A stretch of 64,000 nucleotides of DNA from Mobula hypostoma (Eukaryota), in contig NC_086097.1 of the NCBI RefSeq assembly GCF_963921235.1, positions 201,130,001 to 201,194,000 on the forward strand, written 5' to 3'. Both the position numbers and the translations under genes were made by a program. Position 1 is the stretch's first letter; each line of letters begins with the position of its first letter. Below, one piece after another: positions 1-11,849 of the stretch. The notes beneath the pieces are model-generated. The model did no database searches, was not told the origin of the DNA, and saw only the letters and a list, made by a program, of their open reading frames with translations.

Positions 1-1404
1 GAGTAAATTAAGTCATGTTTCAGTAGAAAGTAAACAAGCTAAACAAAGGATGCAAGGAAGCAGGAAGCCTGTTAGATGACACCCAATCATAGAGGCACAG
101 AATCATACAGCACCAAAACAGACTCTTCAGCCGACCAAACCCATGCCAACCATCTTATCTATAATAATTCTATTTAGCTACATTCTACGTACTGGAAATT
201 GAAGTACTCTCCTTTATATTTCTTGAACGTTGTGCAAGTTCCTGCCTCCACCACCTTTCCACACATACATTCTTCTTGGTTTATCTTTAGTCCCTTGCTC
301 CATGGAGTTAGTTGTGGGGTGACAGGTGAAAGGAATACCTTTCAGAAAGGACTTTTTTCCAACAGAAATTCAGTTTACGGGCATTTGTTCTGAATATTGA
401 ACCTTCCTATAATCTCTGCTTCATGTGGAAAGTAAAACCACATTATGGGATTGAGGTTTGAGTTTGGCAGACTGGTCCCTCATGCAGAAATTAACTGTGA
501 GCAATAAACACAAGACACCTAACATAGAGCTTTGGTACAGCAACACCCTAATCCTAATAGCAGTTTTGAACCAGGTAAAAATTGGATAGGAAGTGTTTGA
601 AAAGGCCAGCTCATAGCACTGGTGCCTTTTATAACAGGAATGTAATGCTTTATGCTAAATGAAATTTCAGGGTCATAGCATCTAATCTACATCCTGAACT
701 TAAGTAGTTTGCAAAAAAAATTACACAGAATTACCCACTGATCTATCCCATCTTTGCCTTGATTCAGTCTTGCAGTTTGCCAAACCCAATAAATTTCTAT
801 TTTTATTTGTCTTGGGATTCCATCCAAGCTCATATCCAAGTTATTTAATTATGATAGAATTCAATGCCTTTAAATTAATTAAGAATCAAAACCATTGTGT
901 GGACATTAGACTATAAAACTGTAAGTTTATTTGATTAAAAAAACTTCTAAATTTACTCAGCTGGTATTAATATTCAGGCTAAAAAGTAGGAAAAGATCTA
1001 GAAGTTTAGAACTAGGAGCAGGAATTGTGACATGATTTGGGGAATGAGTATTAAGCATTACATTACTTTTATATGATTTGGTTCAGTGTTCAAATTTTCC
1101 ATTTTATTATCAAAATACGTGATTTTTTTGTGACTTTTCTGCATACTAAAAGGTGATTTGGTATTATATTCACATAAAGCATTATAAAGTAGCTGCCAAT
1201 GTTTTACAAAATGTAAAGAAAGAATAGTTTTGAAATCAATACGAAAATTAAAAGAAGTTAATTTAGCAACAGTAAAATTGCACTTTCCTCCAAATAGCTT
1301 ATTAGCCCAGAGAGCAGCACAAGGAATTAGCACTAAGAGATTTTAGTACTTAATGACTAACTTGCAAATGATACTTCACAGTTAGGGAAAAGAGGTTTAA
1401 AAAA

Positions 1405-1732
1405 AGTTCAAAGTAAATTTACTATCAAAGTATACATGTGTCACTTTCATTTTACTTCATTCACAGTAAATACAAAGTAATATAATAGAAACAATGAAGA
1501 ACTACACACAAACAAAAACTAATGTGCGAATGGCAACAAATTGTACAAATACAAAATAATAAATAAATAAATAAATATTGAGAATGTTAATTATAGATTC
1601 CTTGAATGTGAGTCCATGGGCTGTGGAATCAGTTCATTATTATGGTGTGTGAAGTTATCCACACTGGTTCAGGAGCCCTTGGTTGAGGGGTAACAACTGT
1701 TTCTGAACCTGATGGTGAGGAACCTAAGACTT
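1405..1732 (-). mobile_element. Rex1/Babar-like LINE 3' end, left part of a copy split by the CR1 at 1733-5806
   Basis: Reverse complement of the AT-rich 3' UTR and tail seen in plus-strand copies such as 56505-56940. The sequence resumes at 5811. Confidence 0.7.
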
Positions 1733-1807
1733 ATATATAACCATACAACAATTACAGCATGGAAACAGGCCGTCGTGGCCTTTCTAGTCCATGCCGAACA
1801 CACTCAC

Positions 1808-4660
1808 CTAGTCCCACCGACCTGCACTCAGCCCATAACCCTCCATTCCTTTCCTGTCCATATATCTATCCAATTTAACTTTAAATGACAACATCGAACC
1901 TGCCGCAACCACTTCTGCTAGAAGCTTGTTCCACACAGCTACTACTCTCTGAGTAAAGAAGTTCACCCTCATGTTACCCCTAAACTTTTGCCCTTTAACT
2001 CTCAACTCATGTTCTCTTGCTTGGATGTCCTCCACTCTCAATGGAAAAAGCCTATCCACGTCAACTCTATCTCTCCCCCTCATAATTTTAAATACCTCTG
2101 TCAAGTCCCCCCTCAACCTTCTATGCTCCAAAGAATAAAGACCCAACTTGTTCAACCTTTCTCTGTAACTCAGGTGATGAAACCCAGGTAACATTCTGGT
2201 AAATCTTCTCTGTACTCTTTACTTTGTAGACATCTTTCCTATAATTCGGTGACCAGAACTGTACACAATACTCCAAATTTTGCCTCACCAATGCATTGTA
2301 CAATTTCAACATTACATCCCAACTCCTATACACAATGCTCTGATTTATAAAGGCCAGCATACCAAAAGCTTTCTTCACCACCTTATCCACCCCAGATTCC
2401 ACCTTCAGGGAACTATGCACCATTATTCCTAGATCCCTCTGTTCTACGACATTCTTCAATGCCCTACTATTTATCATGTATGTCCTATTTTGATTAATCC
2501 TACCAAAAAGTAGCACCTCACATTTATCAGCATTAAACTCCATCTGCCATCTTTCAGCCCACTCTTCTAACTGGCCTAAATCTCTCTACAAGCTTTGAAA
2601 ATCTACTTCATCATCCACAAATCCACCTATCTTCGTATCATCTGCATACTTTCTAATCCAATTTACCACCCATCATCCAGATCATTAATGAATATGACAA
2701 ACAACATTGGACCCAGTACAGATCTCTGAGGCACTCCACGAGTCACTGGCCTCCAACCTGACAGACAGTTATCCACCACTACTCTCTGGCGTCTCCCATC
2801 CAGCCACTGCTGAATCCATTTTACTACTTCAATATTAATACCTAATGATTGAACCTTCCTAACTAACCTTCCATGTGGAACCTTGTCAAAGGCCTTACTG
2901 AAGTCCATATAGACTACATCCACTGCCTTACCCTCGTCAACTTTCCTAGTAACCTCTTCAAAAAATTCAGTAAGATTTGTCAAACATGACCTTCCACGCA
3001 CAAATCCATGTTCACTGTTCCTAATCAGACCCTGTCTATCCAGATAATTATATATACCATCTCTAAGAATACTTTCCATCAACTTACCCACCACTGACAT
3101 CAAACTCACAGGCCAATAATTGCTAGGCTTACTCTTAGAACACTTTTTAAACAATGCAACAACATGAGCAATACGCCAATCCTCTGGCACCATCCCCGTT
3201 TCTAATGACATTTGAAATATTTCTGTCAGAGCCCCTGCTATTTCCACACTAACTTCCCTCAAGGTCCTAGGGAATATCCTGTCAGGACCCAGAGACTTAT
3301 CCACTTTTATATTCCTTAAAAGGACCAGTACTTCCTCTTCTTTAATCATCATAGTCTCCATAACATTTCTACCTGTTTCCCTTATCTTACACAATTCAAT
3401 ATCCTTCTCCTTAGTGAATATCGAAGAAAAGAAATTGTTCAGAATCTCCCCCATCTATTTTGGCTCCACAGATAGCTGTCCACTCTGATTCTCTAAGGGA
3501 CCAATTTTATCCCTCACTATCTTTTTGCTATCAATATAACTGTAGAAACCCTTGGGATTTATTTTCATCTTACTTGCCAAAGCAACCTCATATCTTCTTT
3601 TAGCTTTTCTAATTCCTTTCTTAAGATTCTTTTTGCACTCTTTATATTCTTCGAGCACCTCATTTACTCCATGCTGCCTATATTTATTGTAGATATCTCT
3701 CTTTTTCTGAACCAAGTTTCCAATATCCCTTGAAAACCATGGCTCCCTCAAACTTTTAACCTTTCCTTTCAACCTAACAGGAACATAAAGATTCTGTACC
3801 CTCAAAATTTCACCTTTAAATGACCTCCATTTCTCTATCACATCCTTCCCATAAAACAAACTGTCCCAATCCCCACTCCTTCTAAATCCTTTCGCATCTC
3901 CTCAAAGTTAGCCTTTCTCCAATCAAAAATTTCAACCATGGGTCCAGACCTATCCTTCTCCATAATTATATTGAAACTAATGGCATTGTAATCACTGGAC
4001 CCGAAGTGCGCCCCAACACAAACCTCTGTCACCTGACCTATCTCATTCCCTAACAGGAGATCTAACACTGCCCCTTCTCTAGTTGTTACCTCTATGTATT
4101 GCTGCAAAAAACTATCCTGCACATATTTTACAAACTCCAAACCATCCAGGCCTTTTACAGTATGGGCTTTCCAGTCTATGTGTGGAAAATTAAAAATCTC
4201 CCACAGTCACAACCTTGTGCTTACTACAAATATCTGCTATCTTCTTACAAATTTGCTCCTCCAATTCTCGCTCCCCATTTGGTGGTCTATAATACACCCC
4301 TATAAGTGTTACTACATCTTTCCCATTCCTCAATTCCACCCAAATAGCCTCCCTAGATGAGCCCTCTAATCTATCCTGCCACAGCACCACTGTAATATTT
4401 TCTCTGACAAGCAGTGCAACACCTCCCCTTCTTGTCCCACCGATTCTATCACACCTGAAGCAATGAAATCCAGGAATGTTAGTTGCCAATCACACCCCTC
4501 CTGTAACCATGTTTCACTAATAGCTACCACATCATACTTTCCAGGTATCAATCCATGCTTTAAGCTCATCTACCTTTCTTATAATGCTCCTAGCATTAAA
4601 ATAAATGCATTTAAGAAAATTTCCACCTCTTACTCTCTGTTTATCACTAACCATGCAAAC
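1808..4660 (-). pseudogene. CR1 ORF2 (APE endonuclease and reverse transcriptase), frameshifted
   Basis: Collinear ORF fragments at 4366-4569, 4190-4489, 3838-4140, 3455-3859, 2663-3454, 2121-2543 and 1808-2194. Confidence 0.9.
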
Positions 4661-4739
4661 AACTTTACTATTTTCTTTTTCTTCTTTCTCCCCTACATCT
4701 GTTCCTACACTCTGGTTACACTCCCCCTTTGTATCTAGT

Positions 4740-5675
4740 TTAAATCCACTGGAGCCTCTCTAGCAAACCTACCTGCAAGAATATTTGTCCCCTCCAGTTC
4801 AGATGTAAACCGTCCCACCGGAACAGGTCCCACCTTCCCTGGAAAACTGCCCAATTACCTATAAATCTGAAGCCCTCCCTCCTGCACCATGCCTTCAGCC
4901 ACATGTTGATCTGCGCTATCTTACTATTTCTAAACCCGCCTGTACATGGCACTGGTAGCAATCCTGAGATTGTTTTCCTGGAGGTCCTGTCCTTTAACTT
5001 GGTGCCTAACTCCCTAAACTCACCTTTCAGGACCTCCTCACTCTTCCTACCCACGTCATTGGTCCCTACATGGACCACGACATCCGGCTGCTCACCCTCC
5101 CTCTTGAGAATACTGGGAACTCGATCCGACATATCACGGACCTTGGCACCAGGAAGGCAACAGACCATCCGGGATTCTCGATCTCTTCCACAGAACCTCT
5201 TATCTGTCCCCCTAACTATCGAATCCCCTATCACTACTGCTCTCCTCTTTTCCCTCCTTCCTTTCTGAGCTGAGGGTCCCGTCTCGGTGCCAGAGACGCA
5301 ACCACTGCAACTTGTCCCTGGTAGGTCGTCCCCTTCAACAGTATCCAAAACGATGTACTTATTATTGGTGGGAATGGCCACAGGGGTGCTCTGCTCATTC
5401 TGTCTATTCCCCTTCCCTCTCCTGACAGTCACCCAGCTACCTGTCTCCTGACACTTAGGGGTGACTATCTCCCTGTAACTCCTGTTTATTTCTGCCTCTG
5501 CCCCCCAAATGATCCGAAGTTCATCCAGCTCCAGCTCCAGTTCCCTAACTCAGTTTGTCAGGAGCTGCAGCTGGATGCACCTTTTACAGGTGTAGTCATC
5601 AGGGACAATTATGCCCGCCCTGGCTTCCCACGTACTGCAAATGGAGCACTCAGCTGCCCTAACTGCTGCCTCCAT
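4740..5675 (-). pseudogene. CR1 ORF1 (zinc finger, coiled coil, SGNH esterase), disrupted
   Basis: Begins MEAAVRAAECSICSTW..YTCKRCIQLQLL, then a stop. ORF 4740-5432 carries GDS, GTND and DGLH motifs. Confidence 0.85.
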
Positions 5676-5810
5676 TACCTACTCTTAAGGTAATAAGAGC
5701 TATTTAGGGAACTTATCTGGCCTTACCACACTTGGAGTGAAGTTATTCCTCAGCCTCTGCTCGCCGAAGCCTCAGTAGCCAAAGCCTTCCTACTCTGTCT
5801 CCCTCTACTT

Positions 5811-6005
5811 CTGTACCTCTTTCCTAATGGCATCAGCGAGGAGAGCCTGGCCTGGATGGTCGGGGTCCTTGATGATGATACTTGATGGTACATTCTTCCA
5901 ACAATGCTCCTTGTAGATATGCGCAGTGATGAGGAAGACTTTACCAGTGATAGACTGGGTTGTATCCACTACTTTTTGAGGATTTTACATTCAAGGGCAT
6001 TGGAG
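5811..6005 (-). mobile_element. Rex1/Babar-like LINE fragment, continuation of 1405-1732
   Basis: ctgtacctctttcctaatgg...ggggtccttgatgatg is the reverse complement of the IIKDP.HP..LP.G.RYRS C-terminal motif. Confidence 0.7.
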
Positions 6006-6529
6006 ATTAGCAATATCATGACCTGTTGGTTAATTTGTTAGTGCTATTTGTATAAAAGAGATTCCTAAAGTTGTTAACTGAAGTCTCCTCATGGCTCATT
6101 CAGTAATTGTGCTGTGCTAAGTTGTACTCAACATCATATTCTTACAAATTCAATCATAGCTCTATGATGAGACTGGTTAATTTAATCTAAGATACAAAAT
6201 TGTGCAGAAATATAGTCTGGAATGACCATATGATGACAAAAAAAGTGAGCTCATTCATCATATTGTTACTTGAGGGACCATGTCTGTGTACAAACCGGTT
6301 ATTGTGAACCTTGCTTAAAATCTTGGATTTCCTGTTTGCAAAAGACCCTACAAGAAAGAATCTACTATGTAGTTGTTTAGAAATCCCAATTATTTAGAAA
6401 TCCTGATGATTAATAATCTTGCTCACAGGGTACTAAAATGTCTACACTCCACTTTGAACAGTGTTGTGTGTAAACTATTTACATACAGTACCTGAGAAAG
6501 CTTTAATGGCACATTCAAGATGTATGTCT

Positions 6530-6810
6530 CCATCTCAGCGATTCAGGAACAGCTTATTTCCCTCTGCCATTCGATTCCTAAATGGACATTGAACCGTTGG
6601 ACACTACCCCACTTTTAAAACATATTATTTCTGTTTTTTGCACTATTTTTTAATCTATTCAACATACATATACTGTAATTTATTTATTTATTATTTTACT
6701 TTGTTTTTTTTCTTCTATATTGTGCATTGCATTGAACTGCTGCTTCTAAGTTAACAAATTTCACAACACATACTGGTGATAATAGACCTGATTCTGATTT
6801 TGATTCCGAT
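6530..6810 (+). mobile_element. Rex1/Babar-like 3' end
   Basis: Closely similar to 36262-36763 and 54875-55170 (tcagcgattcaggaacagc...aaatggacattgaa), ending in a (GATTCT)n tail. Confidence 0.8.
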
Positions 6811-7264
6811 CAAGACTCAGGTTTCTTGTACCTCCCCTATTATGCTGGAGCTGAGGTTCCAATGCTGTCCTGAACATAGTAAGATTTGGGGTTCCCGGCC
6901 TTCCCTCTGTACACCTGGGCACCACACACAAGGGCCGCATTTCCCTGCCTATTTTAAACTCACTAAGGGCTCACATCCTGTACTACCCTGAAGCACACCT
7001 GACTTTATTTCCCATCTTCACTCTCAACTCAACAGTTCACGGGAAAATTTTTGTACCATTGATTATAATCCAAAAAAAAATAGAATTATTAGATGTGCTG
7101 GATTACTAATTGGAATAACATTAATAGTCTAGAAAATTTGGCAGTCCAGCACACACCCACCGGATTCCAAAGCATGCTGGATTAACAGAGCTTTATTGTA
7201 TGCAAGTACAAAGTACTGTGGATGCCAGAAAGTTGAAGTAAAAAGAGGAAATGTTGAAAATACT

Positions 7265-7770
7265 CATAGAAACATAAAAAACTTACAGCACAAAGCAGGC
7301 CCTTTGGCCCACAATACTGTGCCAAACATGTACTTACTTTAGAAATTACCTAGGGTTGCCCATAGCCCTCTATTTTTCTGAGCTCCATGTACCTATCCAG
7401 GAGTCTTAAAAGACCCTATCGTATCCATCTCCACCACCATCCCCAGCAGCCTATTCCATGTACTCACCACACTCCGCGTAAAAAAAACTTACCCCTGACA
7501 TCTCCTCTGTACCTCCTTCCAAGCACCTTAAAACTGTGCCCTCTCATGTTAGCCATTTCAGCCCTGGGAAAAAGCCTCTGACTATCCACATGATCAATGC
7601 CTCTCATCATCTTATACACCTATATCAAGTTACTTCTCATCCTCCGTCGCTCCAAAGAGAAAAATGCCGAGTTCTCTCAACCTATTCTCATAAGCCATGC
7701 TCCCCAATCCAGAGAAGATCCTTGTAAATCTCCTCTGCACCCTTTCTATAGCTTCCACATCCTTCCTGTC
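7265..7770 (-). mobile_element. CR1 3' fragment
   Basis: Reverse complement of the plus-strand CR1 fragment at 52352-52872 (same subfamily, CATAGAAA-type tail). Confidence 0.85.
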
Positions 7771-7873
7771 ATCAAGTCAGAAAGCCTCTGTAGAGGAAGA
7801 AAACAACTAATGTCAAACAAGGGACCATCTGCAGACGCTGAAAGTTCAATTTAAATCCAAATTAATCTCTAAT

Positions 7874-8034
7874 AACACAAAAGGCTGGAGCAACTCAGCA
7901 GGCCAGGCAGCATCTATGGAGGGGAGTATAATCGACATTTCGGGCCGAGACCTTTCATCAGTACTGGTGAAGGGTCTTGGCCTCAGCCATCAACTATACT
8001 CTTCTCCACAGATGCTGCCTGGTCTGCTAAGTTC
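7874..8034. mobile_element. Palindromic Penelope terminal-repeat remnant
   Basis: Arms 7892-7962 and 7963-8033 are imperfect reverse complements centred on CAGTACTG with no spacer. Each arm has a hammerhead-like motif. Confidence 0.8.
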
Positions 8035-8072
8035 AAAACAACTGTTTCAAGTTGATGACACCCTATTTTGAC

Positions 8073-8380
8073 AACACACACAAAATGCTGGAGGAACTCA
8101 GCAGGCTAGGCAGCATCTATAGAAAGATTAAACAGTCAACGTTTCAGGCCAAGACCCTTCATCATGACTGGAAGAAAAGATGAGAAGCGGAGAAGAATTA
8201 GTACAATGTGGTAGGTGAAATTAGGGGGGGGGGGCAGTGGTGAAGTGAAGAGCTGGGAAGTTGAATGATGAAAGAACTAAAGGGCCAGAGAAGGGGGAAT
8301 CTGAAAGGAGAGAGTAGCTTGTCTATAAATGCTGTCTGGCCTGCTGATCTCCAGCACCTGCAGATTTTCTCCTGTTTCTA
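8073..8380 (-). mobile_element. Penelope terminal-repeat remnant with a short inverted arm
   Basis: Starts aacacacacaaaatgctggaggaactcagcagg, has a hammerhead-like motif at 8133-8170, and a reversed arm atgctgtctggcctgctg at ~8329-8375. Confidence 0.75.
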
Positions 8381-8394
8381 ACACTTGGTTTTGT

Positions 8395-8632
8395 TTGTTT
8401 ATTTAGAGATGTAGCATGGAACAGGCCCTTCTAGCCCACTAAGTCGCACCGCCCAGCAACCCACCTATTTAACCCTAGCTTCATCACAGGACAATTTACA
8501 ATAACCAATTATCCGACTGACCAGTACGTCTTTGGACTGTGGGAGGAAAATGGAGCACCTGGAGGAACTGAGCTCTGAAGTCTGACACCCTGAACCGTAA
8601 TAGCATCGCACTAAATGCTACATTACTGTGGT
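8395..8632 (-). mobile_element. SINE with a CR1-type 3' tail (HE1/V-SINE-like); similar degenerate copies at ~9335-9545 and ~51200-51360
   Basis: The three copies share the core ggacaatttac...gtctttggactgtgggaggaaa..ggagcacctggagga. The 8395 and 9335 copies also carry the tail acaggcccttc.gccc. Confidence 0.6.
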
Positions 8633-9599
8633 CAGCGGTGAAGAGGAAAGGATCAAAAGTAAGTATGTTATTGGATGGCAGAAGACATTAAGTGACTAAA
8701 AGGGATAATACGGCAAAATAAAACAGGGTGGTAATGAAGCAAGTAAAGAAACAAAAGTCCAATTTAGAGTGGGTGAAAATAGGAGAACAAAATCATCAGA
8801 AATTCCACAGACAAAAATGCAGCAGATCTGACATCCTTTGCTGGGGATGTCAATTAATTGAAATTATTTAACTCAGTGTTGCTTCCTGAGGACTAAAACT
8901 TGCTCAGAAGATTTCATGCTAATCCTTGAGTTTGCAATAAGTTTTAAACCGTGTTGAAGAACAGGGACATAGAGTCCAAATAAAAGAAGGATGTTGAATT
9001 AAAGTGACAGGTGACTGAAGACCAAGCCACAACAGTAACTTAAAGCTGATGGAGAGTGAAAGCACCAAAAACACTATATTCCACATAAACAGGTATTGGT
9101 ATAACAGTAAATCATTTCAATGAATAAATCTCCTTTAAGTGGTTCAGTGTCAAATTTCTGTGATAATGGACCTGTGAAACACCTTGGAAGATTTTGCTAA
9201 TGTTAAAGGTATTGTGCAAATGTGAACCATCACTTTTGTTCTGTGAAAAGCAGTCATTCAGAATCCTCCTCCATGAGAAAGCTTTGCCATTCGGCTCACT
9301 TTCTGGTTTAGCCAGAGGACATATTCATTTATTCTTTTTTTGGAGATTCAGCATGATAACAGGTCCTTCTGGCCCAACAAGCCTGCACTGCCCAATTATA
9401 CCCATGTGGACAATTAACTTACAAACCTGTAAATCTTTGGGATATGGAAGGACACTGAAGACCAGGAGCAAATCCACACGATCAAACAGCATTACACACA
9501 GCAGAATTGAACCAAAGTCATTGATGCTACCATGCCTACCCCAGTCTACTTAATAGAGTCATAAAGAGACTCAGGACGACATGGTAGTGTTGCAGTAGC

Positions 9600-9803
9600 T
9601 ATGGCCCAGTGTAGCAACTTTGGCCCAATAAGTCTAAGGCAGCCACAGTACCCACCTAGCCTATCTTAATTCCGCGTTCGGTCCATATCACTCCGTGCTC
9701 TACCCTATCCAAGTGCTTCTTAAATGATGACATTGTACCTACCACAACCACTTTCCCTGATAGTTCATTCCCTGTATTCACTGACTTCTGGCCATCAAGG
9801 GTC
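9600..9803 (-). mobile_element. Old CR1 3' fragment, split by the Penelope insertion and continuing at 11691-11750
   Basis: Degenerate similarity to other minus-strand CR1 3' ends; AAGGGTC is duplicated at 9797-9803 and 11684-11690. Confidence 0.55.
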
Positions 9804-10879
9804 CACTATAAACCTACGGACTCTCACAGCTACCTGGACTATTCCTCTTCCCACCCTGTCTCTTGCAAAGATGCCATCCCCTTCTCGCAATTCCTCTGTC
9901 TCTGCCGCATATGCTCTCAAGATGAGGCTTTTCATTCCAGGACGAAGGAGATGTCTTCCTTTTTTAAAGAAAGGGGCTTCCCTTCCTCCACCATCAACTC
10001 TGCTCTCAAACGCATCTCTCCCATTTCATGCACATCTGCTCTCACTCCATCCTCCCGCCACCCCATTAGGAATAGGATTCCCCTTGTCCTCACCTACCAC
10101 CCCACCAGCCTCCGGGTCCAACATATTATTCTCCGTAACTTCCGCCACCTCCAACAGGATCCCACCACTAAGCACATATTTCCCTCCCCGCACCCCCGCT
10201 TTCTGCAGGGATCGCTCCCTACATGACTCCCTTGTCCATTCGTCCCCCCATCCCTTCCCACCAATTTCCCTCCCAGCATTTATCCTTGTAAGCGGAACAA
10301 GTGCTACACATGCCCTTACACTTCCTCCCTCGCCAGCATTCAGGGCCCCAGATAGTCCTTCCAGGTGAGGCGACACTTCACCTGTGAGTCGGCTGGAGTG
10401 ATATACAGCGTCCGGTGCTTCCGATGCGGCCTTCTATATATTGGCGAGACCCGACACAGGCTAGGAGACCGTTTCGCTGAACACCTACGCTATGTCTGCC
10501 AGGGAAAGCAGGATCTCCCAGTGGCCACATATTTTAATTCCACGTCCCATTCCCATCCTGATATGTCTATCCACGGTCTCCTCTACTGTCAAGATGAAGC
10601 CACACTCAGGTTGGAGGAACAACACCTTATATTCCTTCTGGGTAGCCTGCAACCTGATGACATGAACATTGACTTCTCTAACTTCTGTTAATGTCCCACC
10701 TCCCTTCGTACCCCATCCGTTATTTATTTATTTATTTATTTATTATTATTAATTTTTTTTTTCTCTCTCTCCTTTTTCTCCCTCTGTCCCTCTCACTATA
10801 CTGCTTGCCCATCCTCTGGACTTCCCCCCTCCCCCTTTCTTTCTCCCTAGGCGTCCCGTCCCATAATCCTCTCATATCC

Positions 10880-11477
10880 ATGTGCACGTGAAGTTTCAGA
10901 AAGTCTTTGACAAGGTGCCACACATGAGGTTGCTTATCAAGTTATGAGCCCATGATATTACAGGAAAGATTCTTGTATGGATAAAGCAGTGGCTGATTGG
11001 CAGGAGGCAAGGAATTGTAATAAAGGGAACCTTTTCTGATTGGCTGCTGGTGACTAGTGGTGTGCCACAGGGATCTGTGTTGGGATCGATTCTTTTATGT
11101 TATTTGGCAATGACTTGGATGACAGAATTGATGACTTTGTTGCAAAGATGCGGATGATACCAAGTCAGTTGGAGGGACAGGACATTTTGAGGAAATAGAG
11201 AGGCTACAAAAGGACAGACAGATTAAAGGAATTACTTTAGTCAGAGGGTGGTAAATCTGTGGAATTTGTTGCCATGAGTGGCTGTGGAGGTCAAGTCATT
11301 GGTTGTGTTTAAGGCAGAGATAGATAGTTTCTTGATTAACCAGGGCATCAATGGGTATGGGATGAAAGTAGGGGAATGGGGATGATTGGAAGAATTGGAT
11401 CAGCCCATGATTGAATGGCGGAGCAGACTCGATGAGCCGAATGGCCTACTTCTGCTCCTGTATCTTATGATCTTATG
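10880..11477 (+). mobile_element. Internally deleted CR1 3' fragment inserted in the Penelope terminal repeat
   Basis: FQK.FDKVPH and GVPQGSVLG motifs, a jump to FSQRVVNLWN at ~11230, a (TCTTATGA)n tail, and ATCC on both sides. Confidence 0.88.
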
Positions 11478-11595
11478 ATCCCTTTTGCCAATCACTTTCC
11501 AGCTCTTAGCTCCATCCATCCTCCTCCTGCCTTCGCCTGTCATTTCGGATCTCCCCCTCCCCCTTTCAAATCTCTTATTATCTCTTTTTTCAGTT

Positions 11596-11631
11596 AGTCC
11601 TGACGAAGGGTTTCGGCCAGAAACGTCGACT
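11596..11631 (+). ncRNA. Minimal type I hammerhead ribozyme motif
   Basis: AGTC-CTGACGA-AGGGTTTCGGCCA-GAAAC-GTC-GACT. The core is intact; the stem II closing pair is mismatched. Confidence 0.7.
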
Positions 11632-11849
11632 GTACCTCTTCCTAGAAATGCTGCCTGGCCTGCTGCGTTCACCAGCATTTTTTAAGGGTCTTTAAACTCT
11701 TTCTCCTCTCATTTTTGAGCTACACCCCCTCCCCAGTTTTCAGCCTTGTTGCACTGGGTTTTATTTGTAAAGAAAATATACAAGGTTAACGGATACATTT
11801 TCGACTAACTTTTGGTGAACAGAACACGGAAATCAAAAGAGAAAAGTAA

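Larger units (their letters stand above)
1733..5806 (-). mobile_element. Full-length, mildly decayed CR1 LINE
   Basis: 5' UTR is followed by ORF1 (ATG at 5675; CxxC..CxxC, coiled coil, GDSIVR / VVHVGTND / DGLHL esterase motifs). ORF2 fragments include APE (VAISETWL, YRPP, GDF, GSSDY), RT (QHGF-like, [17 protein letters not shown]) and the CR1 C-terminus (LRGDLTEVFK, FFTQRVV..WN). A short-repeat 3' tail is present and ACTT flanks both sides. Confidence 0.95.
9804..11683 (+). mobile_element. 5'-truncated Penelope-like element (RT thumb/linker, GIY-YIG endonuclease, terminal repeat), interrupted by a CR1 piece
   Basis: Motifs YKPTDSHSYLDYSSSHP, F.ERGFP, RIPLVLTYHP, a Cys knuckle, and GIY-YIG VIYSVRCFRCGLLYIGETRHRLGDRFAEH...RLEEQHLI..LGSLQP..MN (10365-10691), followed by a pyrimidine-rich terminal repeat. 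Confidence 0.92.

Noticed and set aside
11400..11685. Recurrent small ORFs (MLVNAAGQAA..., SPDEG.RPETST) here and at 43505, 44919, 60229 and 60933
   Set aside because: They are translations of the Penelope terminal repeat and hammerhead. They recur because of the repeat, not because of a peptide family.
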